The notes: generated from the letters alone by a model not told the origin. 64,000 nt of DNA from Chthoniobacteraceae bacterium (GCA_031409655.1 JANNXQ010000078.1:44525-108524); one strand, 5' to 3'. Positions 48,000-58,311 are shown, counted from the first letter of the stretch. Numbers and translations are program-made.

Positions 48000-48704
48000 A
48001 TGACGCCCGTCGTCGCCCTCATCGTCCTCGCCGCCTATCTGCTCGGCTCGATCCCTTTCGGACTCATCGTCTCGAAAGCGCAGGGGCTCGATATCCGCGA
48101 GCACGGGAGCAAGAATATCGGCGCGACCAATGTCTGGCGGGTGCTGGGCAAAAAGTGGGGGCTCATGACCTTCGCCTGCGATGTGGGCAAGGGCCTTGCG
48201 GCGGTGCTCTTCGGAAAATGGCTCGCGGTGCACTGGGCGATCCCGGTGCCGCTCCCGCATGGGCACGAGCGCATCGACCATCTTGCCGCCGACTTCGCCG
48301 GGATCGCGGCGGCGATGGGCTGCATCCTTGGGCACAACTTCCCCGTGTGGCTCCGCTTCAAAGGCGGCAAGGGTGTGGCCACGACGCTCGGGGTGATCTT
48401 CGGCATGATGCCGCTCGCTGCGCTGATCACCTTTGCGATCTGGGGCGTGATTTTCAAAGTCTCCCGCTACGTCTCGCTCGCGTCGCTCCTCGCCGCGGTC
48501 GCCCTGCCGATCGTGGTCGTCGGCCTGCTCTTTCTCGGCGGATTACATGGGTGGGGAAATTTCTACTTTGCCGTCGCGGCGGCGCTGCTCGTGATCCGGC
48601 GGCATCGGGAGAATATCAAGCGGCTGCTGGCGGGGACGGAGAGTCGCTTTGGGGCGCCGAAGCCAGAGACCACCGCACCAGAGCCGCAGCCCCCAACGCT
48701 ATGA
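48000..48704 (+). CDS. plsY: Glycerol-3-phosphate acyltransferase
   Basis: YLLGSIPFG; GSKNIGATN; GHNFPVWLRFKGGKGVAT; RHRENIKRL. Confidence 0.96.
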   Translation: MTPVVALIVLAAYLLGSIPFGLIVSKAQGLDIREHGSKNIGATNVWRVLGKKWGLMTFACDVGKGLAAVLFGKWLAVHWAIPVPLPHGHERIDHLAADFAGIAAAMGCILGHNFPVWLRFKGGKGVATTLGVIFGMMPLAALITFAIWGVIFKVSRYVSLASLLAAVALPIVVVGLLFLGGLHGWGNFYFAVAAALLVIRRHRENIKRLLAGTESRFGAPKPETTAPEPQPPTL

Positions 48705-49696
48705 CCTTCCAGCACATCGGCATCATCGGCGCAGGCGGCTGGGGCACGGCGCTCGCCTTGCTGCTTCAGGAAAATAGAATCCCCGTTTCGCTCTGGGGCC
48801 ATGATCCGGCGCAGATCGAGCAGCTCGCGCAACGGCGCGAGAACATCGCCTACCTGCCAGGCATCGCCCTGCCGGAGGCGCTTCGCTTGACCAGCGATCT
48901 CGACACGCTGACTGACTGCGACCTGCTCGTGATGGTGACGCCGTCCAAAGCCATCCGCGAAGTCGCCGCGCGGCTCTCCACCGTCGCGGTGCGCGCCGAC
49001 GCCGTGATCCTTTCCTGCACCAAAGGCGTCGAACGCGGCAGCGGCAAACGCATGAGCGAGATCGTCGCCGAGTTTTTCCCCACGCACCGCATCGGCGCGC
49101 TCTCTGGGCCGAGCCATGCGGAGGAAGTCGCCCGCCAAGCTCCGACCGCAGTGACCATCGGGGCCACGGATCCCACCGCCGCGCTGCGCTTGCAGAAGGC
49201 TTTCACCACCCGCTTTTTCCGCTCCTACACGAGCGCCGACATCACCGGCGTCGAGTTCGGCGGCGCGCTGAAAAACATCTTCGCTCTCGCCGCCGGCGTC
49301 TGCGATGGACTGGGCCTCGGCGACAACACCAAGGCCGCGCTCGTCACCCGCGCCCTGGCCGAAATGATCCGCCTCGGCACCGCGCTCGGCGGTCAGCCCG
49401 AGACCTTCCGCGGGCTCAGCGGCATCGGCGATCTCATGGTCACATGCTTTTCGCAACACAGCCGCAACCGCCGCGTCGGCGAACGCCTCGGCCGCGGTGA
49501 ATCGCTCGGCGTGATCGGCGCTTCCATGCAAATGGTGGCCGAGGGCGTCCCCACTACTTACAGCGCCCAGGAGTGCGCCCGCCGGTTGGGCATCGAGACC
49601 CCGATCATCGATCAAATGCGCGCCCTCCTCGACGGCGCCATCTCCCCACGCGAAGCCCTCACGGCGCTGCTCAGCCGCGAGCCCCGGCCGGAGTAA
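48701..49696 (+). CDS. gpsA: NAD(P)H-dependent glycerol-3-phosphate dehydrogenase
   Basis: GAGGWGTALA; LSGPSHA; GGALKN; GDLMVTCFSQHSRN. Confidence 0.96.
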   Translation: MTFQHIGIIGAGGWGTALALLLQENRIPVSLWGHDPAQIEQLAQRRENIAYLPGIALPEALRLTSDLDTLTDCDLLVMVTPSKAIREVAARLSTVAVRADAVILSCTKGVERGSGKRMSEIVAEFFPTHRIGALSGPSHAEEVARQAPTAVTIGATDPTAALRLQKAFTTRFFRSYTSADITGVEFGGALKNIFALAAGVCDGLGLGDNTKAALVTRALAEMIRLGTALGGQPETFRGLSGIGDLMVTCFSQHSRNRRVGERLGRGESLGVIGASMQMVAEGVPTTYSAQECARRLGIETPIIDQMRALLDGAISPREALTALLSREPRPE

Positions 49697-49705
49697 AGGG
49701 TCCGC

Positions 49706-50425
49706 CTATTTATCCCCGAGGCGCTTCATCATCGCGCCTTCCATGCGGTCGATCCGGTCTTTGATGCCGGGTTCGATCTTCCGCATTTTGCTGAAGAGCG
49801 CGCGGTTGTAGGCGCGCTGGGTTTTACTGGCTTCGTCGTCGCTGACGGCGTTGTCGGCTTTTGCTTTCAGCGCCTGGACTTCCGGGTCCTGGAGCGCCTT
49901 GGCCCTGGCTGCGTCGTACTTTTCTTTGTCCACCACCTCGGGGTCGGGGCCATCGGGCGCGGCGGCCGTCGGCTTCGTGGGCGCGGGTTTGCTGGCGGTC
50001 TTCTTGGTCTGCGTTTTGGTGACGGCGGGCGCGGGCTTTTCTGAGGGTGCCTCAATGGGAGTGGCGGGCTTCTCCGTGGTGGTCACTTTCGGCGCGGAAG
50101 AATCCCCCGTGGTCTTGGGCTTTGGGGCCGTGGTGCGCGTCGAGGTGGTTCTGGAAGGTGCGGACTTGGCGGTGGTCGTCCGGCTTTTCCGGGACTTCGG
50201 AGCCGGCGTCGGGGTCGGCGCGGGCGTGGCCTTGGGCGGAGGCGTGGACCGACGTCCGAAGAGGCGCTGGAAAAAGGAGCGGCGCTCGGGCACCGGTGTC
50301 GCCACGGGGATGGGGGTGGCCTTCGCGGCGGCGCTGGTCGCGGAGCGGGAAGACGCCGCTGGGGCCAACGCCGGGGACAAAATCAGACCGGAGATGACGA
50401 GCAGGACGGGAAGGATTCTGGGCAT
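49706..50425 (-). CDS. Secreted Pro/Thr/Lys-rich hypothetical protein with C-terminal helical domain
   Basis: Signal peptide MPRILPVLL; low-complexity linker; helical C-terminus. Confidence 0.7.
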   Translation of the reverse strand: MPRILPVLLVISGLILSPALAPAASSRSATSAAAKATPIPVATPVPERRSFFQRLFGRRSTPPPKATPAPTPTPAPKSRKSRTTTAKSAPSRTTSTRTTAPKPKTTGDSSAPKVTTTEKPATPIEAPSEKPAPAVTKTQTKKTASKPAPTKPTAAAPDGPDPEVVDKEKYDAARAKALQDPEVQALKAKADNAVSDDEASKTQRAYNRALFSKMRKIEPGIKDRIDRMEGAMMKRLGDK

Positions 50426-50549
50426 AGTCAGAGTTCGTTGAGGGGTCGTAGGGTGAGAGTTCGCAGTAAATCTGTCGAGTGCAACCGGCAGGGCCCCCAC
50501 CGGCCCCCGGTCTTTCGCCCCGCGTCATTTCCGTTGCAGGCGTCCCGGT

Positions 50550-51695
50550 TTGATGGATTCTCCAGCAGCGCTCTCTCCGATGGGAACTGAACCCAATCCA
50601 ATCCGCCGCTGCTGGGCGGAGATCGACCTCTCCGCAATCCGGCACAATATCGCCACCATCCGCGCCCAGTTGCGGGCGGACGTCCGGGTCATGGCCATCG
50701 TCAAGGCGAATGCCTACGGCCACGGCGTTTCAGGGGTGGTGCCCGCGCTGGCGGGGAATGTGGAGATGTTCGGCGTGGCGAACGTCACCGAAGCGCACGC
50801 GGTCCGCCGCTTGGCCCCCGCGGAGCCCATCCTCATCCTCGGTCCGGCGCTCCCGGAAGAGCGCCAGGAGATTGCCACCGCGGGATTTCTCCCCTCGATC
50901 TCGAATGTCGCGGAGGCCCGGGCCTTCAGTACCCTCGGAGATGGGAAGCCCGTGCCGATCCATGTGATCGTCGATACCGGCATGGGGCGCATGGGCGTCT
51001 GGGAAGAGGAAGCCCTGGCCGTGGTGCGCGAGATCATGGCCATCCCCGGGATCGAGGTCACCGGCCTCGCCTCGCATTTTCCCGTCGCGGATGAAAATGT
51101 GGATTTCACCGAGGATCAGATCGCGCGCTTCCAGCACCTCGCCGCTGTGCTGCGCGAAATCGGCGCGCCGCCTTTCATCACCCATCTGGAGAATAGCGCC
51201 GGGATCATCGGCCACTCCGCCACCGCGGGCGACATGGTGCGGCCCGGTCTCATGCTCTACGGCAGTTCCCCGGTTCCGGAGTTTCAGGGCTATCTTCGGC
51301 CAGTGCTCACTTGGAAAACGCGGGTCACGCTGGTCCGATCCGTCGGGGCCGGTCGCGGGATCAGCTATGGCCGCACTTTCATCACGCCCTGCCCCATGCG
51401 GCTCGCCACGCTGGCCGTCGGCTACGCGGATGGCTACCAGCGCCACCTTTCCAATCGTGGCGCCGACGTCCTCATCCGCGGCCGCCGCTGCGCGGTGCTG
51501 GGGCGGGTGACGATGGATCAGATCATCGTCGACGTGACGGCGCTGCCGGAAGTGGGCGCCGGCGAGGAAGTGGTGCTCCTCGGCCAGCAGGTGAGCGAAG
51601 AAATCCTTGCCGCCGAGCTCGCGGAAAAAGCCGGGACCATCGCCTGGGAGATTTTCACCGGCCTCGGGCGTCGGGTGGAAAGGATCTACATTTAG
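50550..51695 (+). CDS. alr: Alanine racemase
   Basis: VKANAYGHG PLP motif; DTGMGRMG; VGYADGY; GRVTMDQ; start may be slightly downstream. Confidence 0.96.
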   Translation: MMDSPAALSPMGTEPNPIRRCWAEIDLSAIRHNIATIRAQLRADVRVMAIVKANAYGHGVSGVVPALAGNVEMFGVANVTEAHAVRRLAPAEPILILGPALPEERQEIATAGFLPSISNVAEARAFSTLGDGKPVPIHVIVDTGMGRMGVWEEEALAVVREIMAIPGIEVTGLASHFPVADENVDFTEDQIARFQHLAAVLREIGAPPFITHLENSAGIIGHSATAGDMVRPGLMLYGSSPVPEFQGYLRPVLTWKTRVTLVRSVGAGRGISYGRTFITPCPMRLATLAVGYADGYQRHLSNRGADVLIRGRRCAVLGRVTMDQIIVDVTALPEVGAGEEVVLLGQQVSEEILAAELAEKAGTIAWEIFTGLGRRVERIYI

Positions 51696-51796
51696 GATTT
51701 AACATTTTGCATTTAGCATTTGAAAAGTCGCGCGGGCGCGCAGAGTGGCGACGCGGCTTCCGCAAATGCTCAATGCCAAATCCTCAATGCTAAATG
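51689..51796. repeat. Inverted heptamer array (CATTTAG-like x5 / CTAAATG-like x5)
   Basis: catttag gatttaa cattttg catttag catttga ... gcaaatg ctcaatg ccaaatc ctcaatg ctaaatg; includes the alr TAG and the next ATG. Confidence 0.88.
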
Positions 51797-52156
51797 TTTC
51801 AGATCGTCTTCAATGAAATCAGCGCCGCCGAGATGGCGGCGCTCCCCAAGGAAATGCAGCTCGATCTGCTCGCGGAGTTTCAGTTTCTCCCGGAGGATCT
51901 CGAGCAGCTCGACGACGAGAAATTTGGGACCATCGAGCGGGATGGGAAAAAGTTGCGCCGCTTCCGGGCCAAGGATTACCGCATCTATTTTGAGCAGGGC
52001 GGCGAAGGACTCATCGTGCATCGCGTGCTCCACAAAAATACCATCCGCGACTTTCTCTTCCGCTCGAAGCTGCCGATGACCGAGGACGATCAGCTCGGCC
52101 AGCAGAAGGCCTTTTGGAAATTGATCGACGAAGCGAAACAGACCCGCCGCCCGTGA
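51794..52156 (+). CDS. RelE/ParE-fold protein
   Basis: MFQIVFN...LRRFRAKDYRIYFE...VHRVLHK pattern. Confidence 0.72.
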   Translation: MFQIVFNEISAAEMAALPKEMQLDLLAEFQFLPEDLEQLDDEKFGTIERDGKKLRRFRAKDYRIYFEQGGEGLIVHRVLHKNTIRDFLFRSKLPMTEDDQLGQQKAFWKLIDEAKQTRRP

Positions 52157-52401
52157 ACTTCCGGCTCTGGCTTTGCGTGGCCATGGGGGTCCTGGTCATC
52201 CACATCGGCGTGGTCATGATCTGGGTGAATTTCCAGCCGAAGCCGAAGCCGCGACCGCGACCGCAGAATGAATTCCGCGCCGCCGCGAAAGCCATCGTCG
52301 ATCCGAATACCGGCGAGCATCTGGTGGTGCGGGAGTTCACCGTGAGCACCAAGCTCGAAGAAAGGCAGAAGGAAGAAGGCAAAAGTCAAAAGTCGCAGTG
52401 A
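52153..52401 (+). CDS. Small single-pass membrane hypothetical protein
   Basis: GTGA overlap with the previous gene; N-terminal transmembrane helix. Confidence 0.6.
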   Translation: MNFRLWLCVAMGVLVIHIGVVMIWVNFQPKPKPRPRPQNEFRAAAKAIVDPNTGEHLVVREFTVSTKLEERQKEEGKSQKSQ

Positions 52402-52444
52402 TCGCCGCTGCTTCTACCTTCTGCCTTCAGACGTCTGCCTTTGC
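52362..52444. repeat. Inverted heptamer array (AAGGCAG-like x5 / CTTCTGC-like x5)
   Basis: aaggcag aaggaag aaggcaa aagtcaa aagtcgc ... cttctac cttctgc cttcaga cgtctgc ctttgc, directly followed by ATG 52445. Confidence 0.8.
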
Positions 52445-53602
52445 ATGAACCTCTACCCCGACGAGTCCCTCCGCCGCGCCCTCTTTCCCGTCTGCCAGGA
52501 GAAAATCTTCCTCGCCCACGCTGCCGTGACGGTGCTGCCGAAGGGCGTGGCCGATGCGATCTGCGATTACACCCGGCGCTCTTCGGAGAATCACCAGGAG
52601 TTCGGCGAAGTGCTCGCGGACATCCGCCAGGCGCGCCAGGTCTGCGCCGAGTTGATCGGTGCGGAGGCGGACGAGATCGCCCTGCTCGGTCCCACTTCTC
52701 TCGGGCTCTCGCTCTTTGCCAATGGCATTGACTGGCAGCCCGGCGACGAGGTGCTCTGCTACCACGGCGATTATCCGGCGAACGTGTACCCGTGGATCAA
52801 TCTGCGCCGCCTCGGCGTGACCGTCCGCTATCTCGAACCGAGCGAACCCGGCGCCATCACCCCCGAGCTCGTCACCGCCGCGCTCGGCCCGCGCACTCGC
52901 CTCGTCGCCCTGGCCAGCGCCCACTTTTTCACCGGCTACCGCATCGACGTGGACGCCATCGGCGCGATCCTCCACGAGCGCGGCGTGCTTTTCTCCCTCG
53001 ACGCCATCCAGACCCTCGGCGCCTTCCCGACAAGCGTGGAGCACGTCGATTTCCTGAGCGCCGACGCCCACAAGTGGCTCCTCGGCCCGCTCGCCATCGG
53101 CATCGTCTATGTGAAAAAGCGGCACTTCGAGCTCCTCCGCCCCACCCTGCTCGGCGCCTGGAATGTGCAGTCGCCAAACTTCATCACTCAGGACGAAGTG
53201 CGCTTCGTCCCCACCGCCCAGCGCTACGAACCCGGCGTGCTCAACGCCATCGGCATCTACGGGATGAAAGCCGCCATCGAGCTCATCCAATCGCACGACA
53301 TCGGAGTCGTCGCCGCCCGCCTCCTCGAACTGAAAGCCCACCTCATCGCCCAACTCGAGCCCCTCGGCTTCGAGATCCTCGGCCCGAAGTCCGGCCCGAA
53401 CGCGACCAGCATCACCACCTTCCGCCATCCGACCGCGAGCTGCGCCGAACTCTTCACCGCCCTGGAAAAAGCCCACATCGTCGCCTCCCTCCGCCACGAC
53501 CGCGCCGGCCGCGACTACCTCCGCTTCAGCCCGCATTTCTACAATACCGAGACCGAACTCGATACCGCGGTGCGTGTCCTGCGCGCTGCTCTACGGAGCT
53601 GA
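52445..53602 (+). CDS. Class-V PLP-dependent aminotransferase-fold enzyme
   Basis: LDAIQTLG; SADAHKWLLGP; RYEPG; LRFSPHFYN. Confidence 0.9.
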   Translation: MNLYPDESLRRALFPVCQEKIFLAHAAVTVLPKGVADAICDYTRRSSENHQEFGEVLADIRQARQVCAELIGAEADEIALLGPTSLGLSLFANGIDWQPGDEVLCYHGDYPANVYPWINLRRLGVTVRYLEPSEPGAITPELVTAALGPRTRLVALASAHFFTGYRIDVDAIGAILHERGVLFSLDAIQTLGAFPTSVEHVDFLSADAHKWLLGPLAIGIVYVKKRHFELLRPTLLGAWNVQSPNFITQDEVRFVPTAQRYEPGVLNAIGIYGMKAAIELIQSHDIGVVAARLLELKAHLIAQLEPLGFEILGPKSGPNATSITTFRHPTASCAELFTALEKAHIVASLRHDRAGRDYLRFSPHFYNTETELDTAVRVLRAALRS

Positions 53603-53699
53603 CCACGCCCTGTTCCGCAGGTGTCAGGACTGTGACGCTTGACGCATTTCCGACGTGGCGCGTAGCATCCGCGCTCATCCCAAACCAGAGCCTTATCAC

Positions 53700-54161
53700 T
53701 TGGACTTAAAAGAAATCAAAGAGCTGATCGCTCTGATGAAGAAAAACGAACTCTCCGTCTTCAAGATGGAGAAGGAGGGCTTCAAGATCACCCTGAAGAA
53801 GGGTTCCGACTTCCAACCGGTCATTCACGCTCCCACGTCCGCCGTCTTTGCGCAGGCACCGGGGCCGTCACCGTTCGCCCCACCATCAGCCGCTCCCGGA
53901 AGCCAGGCGCCGACAAGTCTCGCCGATCTCAAGGAGATCACTTCGCCGATGGTCGGCACTTTCTACGCGTCGCCCTCGCCCGAGGCTGGACCTTACGTGA
54001 AGGTGGGCCAGGAGGTCACGGAGGACACCGTGGTCGGGATCATCGAGGCGATGAAGGTGATGAATGAGATCAAGGCCGAGTGCCGCGGCGTGATCGCGGA
54101 AATCGCCGCGGAAAACGGGAAGCCGGTGCAATACGGAGAGGCGCTCTTTCGCATTCGCTGA
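53700..54161 (+). CDS. accB: Acetyl-CoA carboxylase biotin carboxyl carrier protein
   Basis: TTG start LDLKEIKELI; SPMVGTFY; EAMKVMNEI biotinylation motif. Confidence 0.96.
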   Translation: MDLKEIKELIALMKKNELSVFKMEKEGFKITLKKGSDFQPVIHAPTSAVFAQAPGPSPFAPPSAAPGSQAPTSLADLKEITSPMVGTFYASPSPEAGPYVKVGQEVTEDTVVGIIEAMKVMNEIKAECRGVIAEIAAENGKPVQYGEALFRIR

Positions 54162-54263
54162 TTTCAGATGGAAGATTTCAGATTTCAGATTGGTGGCTCC
54201 AATCTGCACGCAAGCGGGGTCCGGGTCGTTCCATCTGAAATCTGAAATCCCCAATCTGAAATG
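54160..54263. repeat. Inverted heptamer array (GATTTCA-like x5 / TGAAATC-like x5)
   Basis: gatttca gatggaa gatttca gatttca gattgg ... ttccatc tgaaatc tgaaatc cccaatc tgaaatg; overlaps the accB TGA and includes the accC ATG. Confidence 0.92.
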
Positions 54264-55631
54264 TTCAAAAAGGTCCTCATCGCCAATCGCGGCGAAATCG
54301 CGCTCCGCGTCATCCGCGCCTGCAAGGAACTCGGCATCAAGACGCTCGCGGTCTATTCCGAGCCGGATGTCGATTCGCTCCATGTGCAGCTCGCGGATGA
54401 GGCGATCTGCATCGGGCCGGCGCCGAGCAGCGAGTCGTATCTGAAGATTGATCGCATCGTCAGCGCAGCGGAAATCGGCGACGTGGATGCGATCCATCCC
54501 GGCTACGGATTCCTGAGCGAGAACGCGCATTTCGCGGAGGTCTGCGAGAGCTGCAATATCAAGTTCATCGGACCACCGCCGGCGGCGATCCGCGCGATGG
54601 GCGACAAGAATACCGCGCGCGCCACGGCGAAACGCGCGGGCATGCCGGTGACGCCGGGCTCGGAAGGCATCGTCGAGACGGAGAAGGACGCGCGCAAGGT
54701 CGCCCGGGAGATCGGCTATCCGGTGATGATCAAGGCGACGGCAGGGGGCGGTGGGCGCGGGATGCGGCCGGCGCACAATGACGGGTCGCTGGTCCAGGGT
54801 TTCCACGCGGCGCGCGCCGAGGCGGAGAAGGCTTTCGGCAATGCGGGCGTCTATATCGAGAAGCTGATCGAGAATCCGCACCACATCGAATTTCAGATCA
54901 TGGCGGACAGCCACGGCGCCGTGGTGCATCTCGGTGAGCGCGATTGCTCCCTCCAGCGGCGCAACCAAAAGATCATCGAGGAGACCCCGTCCCCGATCAT
55001 GACGGACGAGATTCGCGAACGGATGGGCGCGGATTGCGTGAAGCTGGCGCGGGAAGTGGGCTACGTGGGTGCCGGGACCATCGAGTGCCTGATGGACGAC
55101 AAGGGGCACTACTATTTCATGGAGATGAATACGCGCATCCAGGTGGAGCACTGCATCACCGAGGAGGCCTACGGCGTGGATCTCGTGAAAGAGCAGATCA
55201 AGATCGCGGCTGGCGAGCCGCTCTCCCACTGGATGCATGACGCGGTGCGGAAATATCACGCCATCGAGTGCCGCATCAATGCGGAGGATCCCTTCAATAA
55301 CTTCCAGCCCTGCCCCGGCCGCATCGAACTCTACTACGCGCCTGGCGGACGCGGCATTCGCATCGATTCGCACGCTTACGCCGGCTACACCGTGCCGCCG
55401 CATTACGACTCGATGATCGCGAAAGTCATCGGCATGGGCACGACCCGCGAGCACGCCATCGAGCGGATGCGCCGGGCGCTCGGCGAGTACATCATCCGCG
55501 GGATCAAGACGACGATCCCCTTCCAGCAGGCGATCATGCACGACCCGGATTTCATCCGCGGGAAATACAACACCGGCTTCGTCGGGAAGTTGATCGAGGC
55601 GCGCGGGGCGGAGTTCGGCAGGCAGAAGTGA
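54261..55631 (+). CDS. accC: Biotin carboxylase
   Basis: [51 protein letters not shown]. Confidence 0.97.
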   Translation: MFKKVLIANRGEIALRVIRACKELGIKTLAVYSEPDVDSLHVQLADEAICIGPAPSSESYLKIDRIVSAAEIGDVDAIHPGYGFLSENAHFAEVCESCNIKFIGPPPAAIRAMGDKNTARATAKRAGMPVTPGSEGIVETEKDARKVAREIGYPVMIKATAGGGGRGMRPAHNDGSLVQGFHAARAEAEKAFGNAGVYIEKLIENPHHIEFQIMADSHGAVVHLGERDCSLQRRNQKIIEETPSPIMTDEIRERMGADCVKLAREVGYVGAGTIECLMDDKGHYYFMEMNTRIQVEHCITEEAYGVDLVKEQIKIAAGEPLSHWMHDAVRKYHAIECRINAEDPFNNFQPCPGRIELYYAPGGRGIRIDSHAYAGYTVPPHYDSMIAKVIGMGTTREHAIERMRRALGEYIIRGIKTTIPFQQAIMHDPDFIRGKYNTGFVGKLIEARGAEFGRQK

Positions 55632-55696
55632 GCGCTTGAGCGGGGCGTCATTCCCTTTGACGCAGCGCCGCCGTCTGACGTTTCATCCCCGCCCCT

Positions 55697-56929
55697 GTGG
55701 AAAAATCCGCCGCTCCCGCCAGCCCGCGTTCACCGCTCGGGCTCATCTTTCTCACCCTGTTCATCGACATGGTGGGCTTCGGGATCGTGATCCCAGTGCT
55801 GCCGCTCTATGCGGAGGGCTCGGTGATCAACGCGTCGCCGCATCAGCTCGCGTGGATCGTGGGCATTTACTCTTTGCTCCAGCTCATCTGCGCGCCGCTT
55901 TTTGGAAAATGGAGTGATCGCGTTGGGCGCAAGCCGGTGCTCGTGATCAGCATCATCGGCACGGCCATCGGCTTCGTGGTCCTCGGGGCGGCGAATACGG
56001 TATGGATGCTGATGCTCGGGCGGATCATCGATGGTGCGAGCGGCGGGAATATCTCGACCGCGATGGCCTGCATCGCCGACGTCACGACAAAGGAAAATCG
56101 CTCGAAGAACATGGGGCTCGTGGGTGCGGCGTTCGGGCTTGGTTTCGTCATCGGGCCGGCGCTGGGCGGCGTGCTCAGTCAGAAGATCTCGCTCTCGGCA
56201 CCGTTCTACTTTGCGGCGGGGCTCGCGTTTTTGAATGCGGCGCTCGTCGCGCTGCGTCTGCCGGAGACGCTCACACCGGAAGTCCGCGCGCGGGCGCGGG
56301 AGAAGGCGACGATCGGCGAGGTCTTTCAGGGCGGTCGCGCGGGGATGATCGGGGCCATCCTCGCCGGGCAACTCGCCGCGGTGACTGGCTTCTCGATCAT
56401 GACCTCGCTCTTCGCGCTCTATTGCGAAAAGCGCTTCGACTACGACGCCGCAAAGGTGGGCTACCTCCTCGCGTATGTGGGCCTGCTCGGCGTCATCTTC
56501 CAAGGCGGCTTGCTGCGGCGGCTGCTCAAGCGCCCCATCGAAAAGCAGCTCGCGGTCATCGGTGCCGCGCTGCTCGCGGTGAGCATGGCGGCGCTCCCTT
56601 TCACCCACTCGCTGGCCATGCTCATGGTCGTCTGTTTCGGCATTTCGCTGGGCAATAGCTTCGTCACACCCACCCTCAACGGCCTCGCCTCACGCACCAC
56701 CGACGCGCATTGCCAAGGCCGGCTGCTCGGGCTGATGCAGAGCGCGGGCAGTCTCGGGCGCTTCCTCGGGCCGATGATCGGCTTCGCGCTCGTGCCATTC
56801 GATGCGGCGCACGACTACGCACGCACCTCCTTTTTTGCCAGCGCGGCGATCCTGCTCGTGGCCACGATCTGCATCATCGCCGTCGCCCCCGTCCGCAGTG
56901 TCGAGGCAGTGCCGGACGCGGCGACGTAG
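55697..56929 (+). CDS. MFS transporter (TetA/DHA1-like)
   Basis: GKWSDRVGRKP motif A; GLGFVIGPALGG; many transmembrane segments. Confidence 0.92.
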   Translation: MEKSAAPASPRSPLGLIFLTLFIDMVGFGIVIPVLPLYAEGSVINASPHQLAWIVGIYSLLQLICAPLFGKWSDRVGRKPVLVISIIGTAIGFVVLGAANTVWMLMLGRIIDGASGGNISTAMACIADVTTKENRSKNMGLVGAAFGLGFVIGPALGGVLSQKISLSAPFYFAAGLAFLNAALVALRLPETLTPEVRARAREKATIGEVFQGGRAGMIGAILAGQLAAVTGFSIMTSLFALYCEKRFDYDAAKVGYLLAYVGLLGVIFQGGLLRRLLKRPIEKQLAVIGAALLAVSMAALPFTHSLAMLMVVCFGISLGNSFVTPTLNGLASRTTDAHCQGRLLGLMQSAGSLGRFLGPMIGFALVPFDAAHDYARTSFFASAAILLVATICIIAVAPVRSVEAVPDAAT

Positions 56930-56943
56930 GAAAAAAGCGACGG

Positions 56944-58305
56944 CTACCGCGTGGAGGCAGCGGGGCCTAGCATCAGGCCGAAGAGCCCTCGCGCCCGGTA
57001 GAATGTGGACGACCGCCGCAGGCCGCGCATCAGCCACCAAGCGGCGACGGCGAACGTGGCTGCACCGGCCATGCCGAGCGGGAGTTCGTGTCCGGGCACG
57101 AACATCAGCGCGACGGAGGTGAGCGCGGGGCAAAGCATGAGGGGGACGATGCGCCAACCGGAGGCGTACAGGAACGCGGCAATTGAGAGCGCCCCCGCGC
57201 CAGCGATGATGAACGCGTAAGCGATGAACGTCGCACGCCCCGGAAAAGCGCCTCCGCCGAGTGCGATGAGGCAGCCAATCAGGAGCGCACTGGCCACAGC
57301 GACCGCGGCGGGGATGCTGAGCAGCAAGGCCGCAAGCCGCGCGGTGGACATGGGCAGCACTCGCAGCGACCGCATTTCCAAGGCGAAGCTGTTTGTGAAA
57401 GTGAGAAGGACGGCCATGGCGCCGACCTGGATGCAGGCCGACCGAGTAACGGCGGTGACCTCACCTGCCCCGCGGTGAAAGGCGCCGCCGATGAAGCGGA
57501 GGACGAGCATCTGCACTAGGGACATGAGCACGAGCATGGCGAGCGTGCGGAAGACCAGCATGGTGACGAGCAGCGGTGCGCCGGTGAGCCCGCCGGTGGT
57601 GGGCACGGGTGCGGCATCGGGCAGGACGCGGGCGGCTTTGACGACCGTGCTGCGGCGCTCGACCACATCGGGCGCGGCGACATACGAGAGGAGCGCGAAC
57701 ACCGGGACGAGAGCGAAGAGCAGCCAGTGCCACCCCGTGACTGCGGCCACGGTCTTCGGCAGGATGAACATGAAGAGCATCGCCGCGGACATGGAGAGGC
57801 CCCAGCAGGCACTGATGCATCCCTGAAAAAAGGTTTCGCCCCGAGTCCTCGCGGCGGTGGTCGGCAGCGCGCTCCAGAGCAGGAAGGCTAAGGCGGCGTA
57901 GCCCAGGCTGATCCAGACATTCACGACCGCGACGAACCATGGGTCGAAAGTGCGCGGCATCGGGGCCAGCGTGGGGACGACGCCCTCGGCGGCCGGCAGA
58001 GCGATCATGATGGGGTCATACAATGCCTCGTAAATGAACGCGCCGATCGGATTCGCGAAGGCTGCGAGCAGAGGCGCGAGGAGCACGGCGATGCACCACC
58101 ACGCCGTGGCCTGGGCGCGCCGACTCACGGGCAGCGGGCGCACAGTGCGAAAGAGGCCGTACTCGACATCGACGAGCAGTGCCAAGAGGACAAAAGGCGT
58201 GACGACGAGGCTATTGCCGGAGGCGAGTTGCAAACTGGAGAGAACGCCGATGAACGCGAGCGCCCACCAGCGGCGACGGAGGAAATCGAGGACGAGGAGT
58301 TGCAT
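56944..58305 (-). CDS. Multi-pass membrane protein, probable ABC permease
   Basis: Many hydrophobic helices; directly downstream of the ABC ATPase. Confidence 0.75.
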   Translation of the reverse strand: MQLLVLDFLRRRWWALAFIGVLSSLQLASGNSLVVTPFVLLALLVDVEYGLFRTVRPLPVSRRAQATAWWCIAVLLAPLLAAFANPIGAFIYEALYDPIMIALPAAEGVVPTLAPMPRTFDPWFVAVVNVWISLGYAALAFLLWSALPTTAARTRGETFFQGCISACWGLSMSAAMLFMFILPKTVAAVTGWHWLLFALVPVFALLSYVAAPDVVERRSTVVKAARVLPDAAPVPTTGGLTGAPLLVTMLVFRTLAMLVLMSLVQMLVLRFIGGAFHRGAGEVTAVTRSACIQVGAMAVLLTFTNSFALEMRSLRVLPMSTARLAALLLSIPAAVAVASALLIGCLIALGGGAFPGRATFIAYAFIIAGAGALSIAAFLYASGWRIVPLMLCPALTSVALMFVPGHELPLGMAGAATFAVAAWWLMRGLRRSSTFYRARGLFGLMLGPAASTR

Positions 58306-58311
58306 GGCGGG

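Noticed and set aside
52445..53602. Cysteine desulfurase (SufS/IscS)
   Set aside because: The PLP lysine motif is present, but no catalytic Cys loop (RxGHHCA or SSGSAC) is seen, so no gene symbol was assigned.
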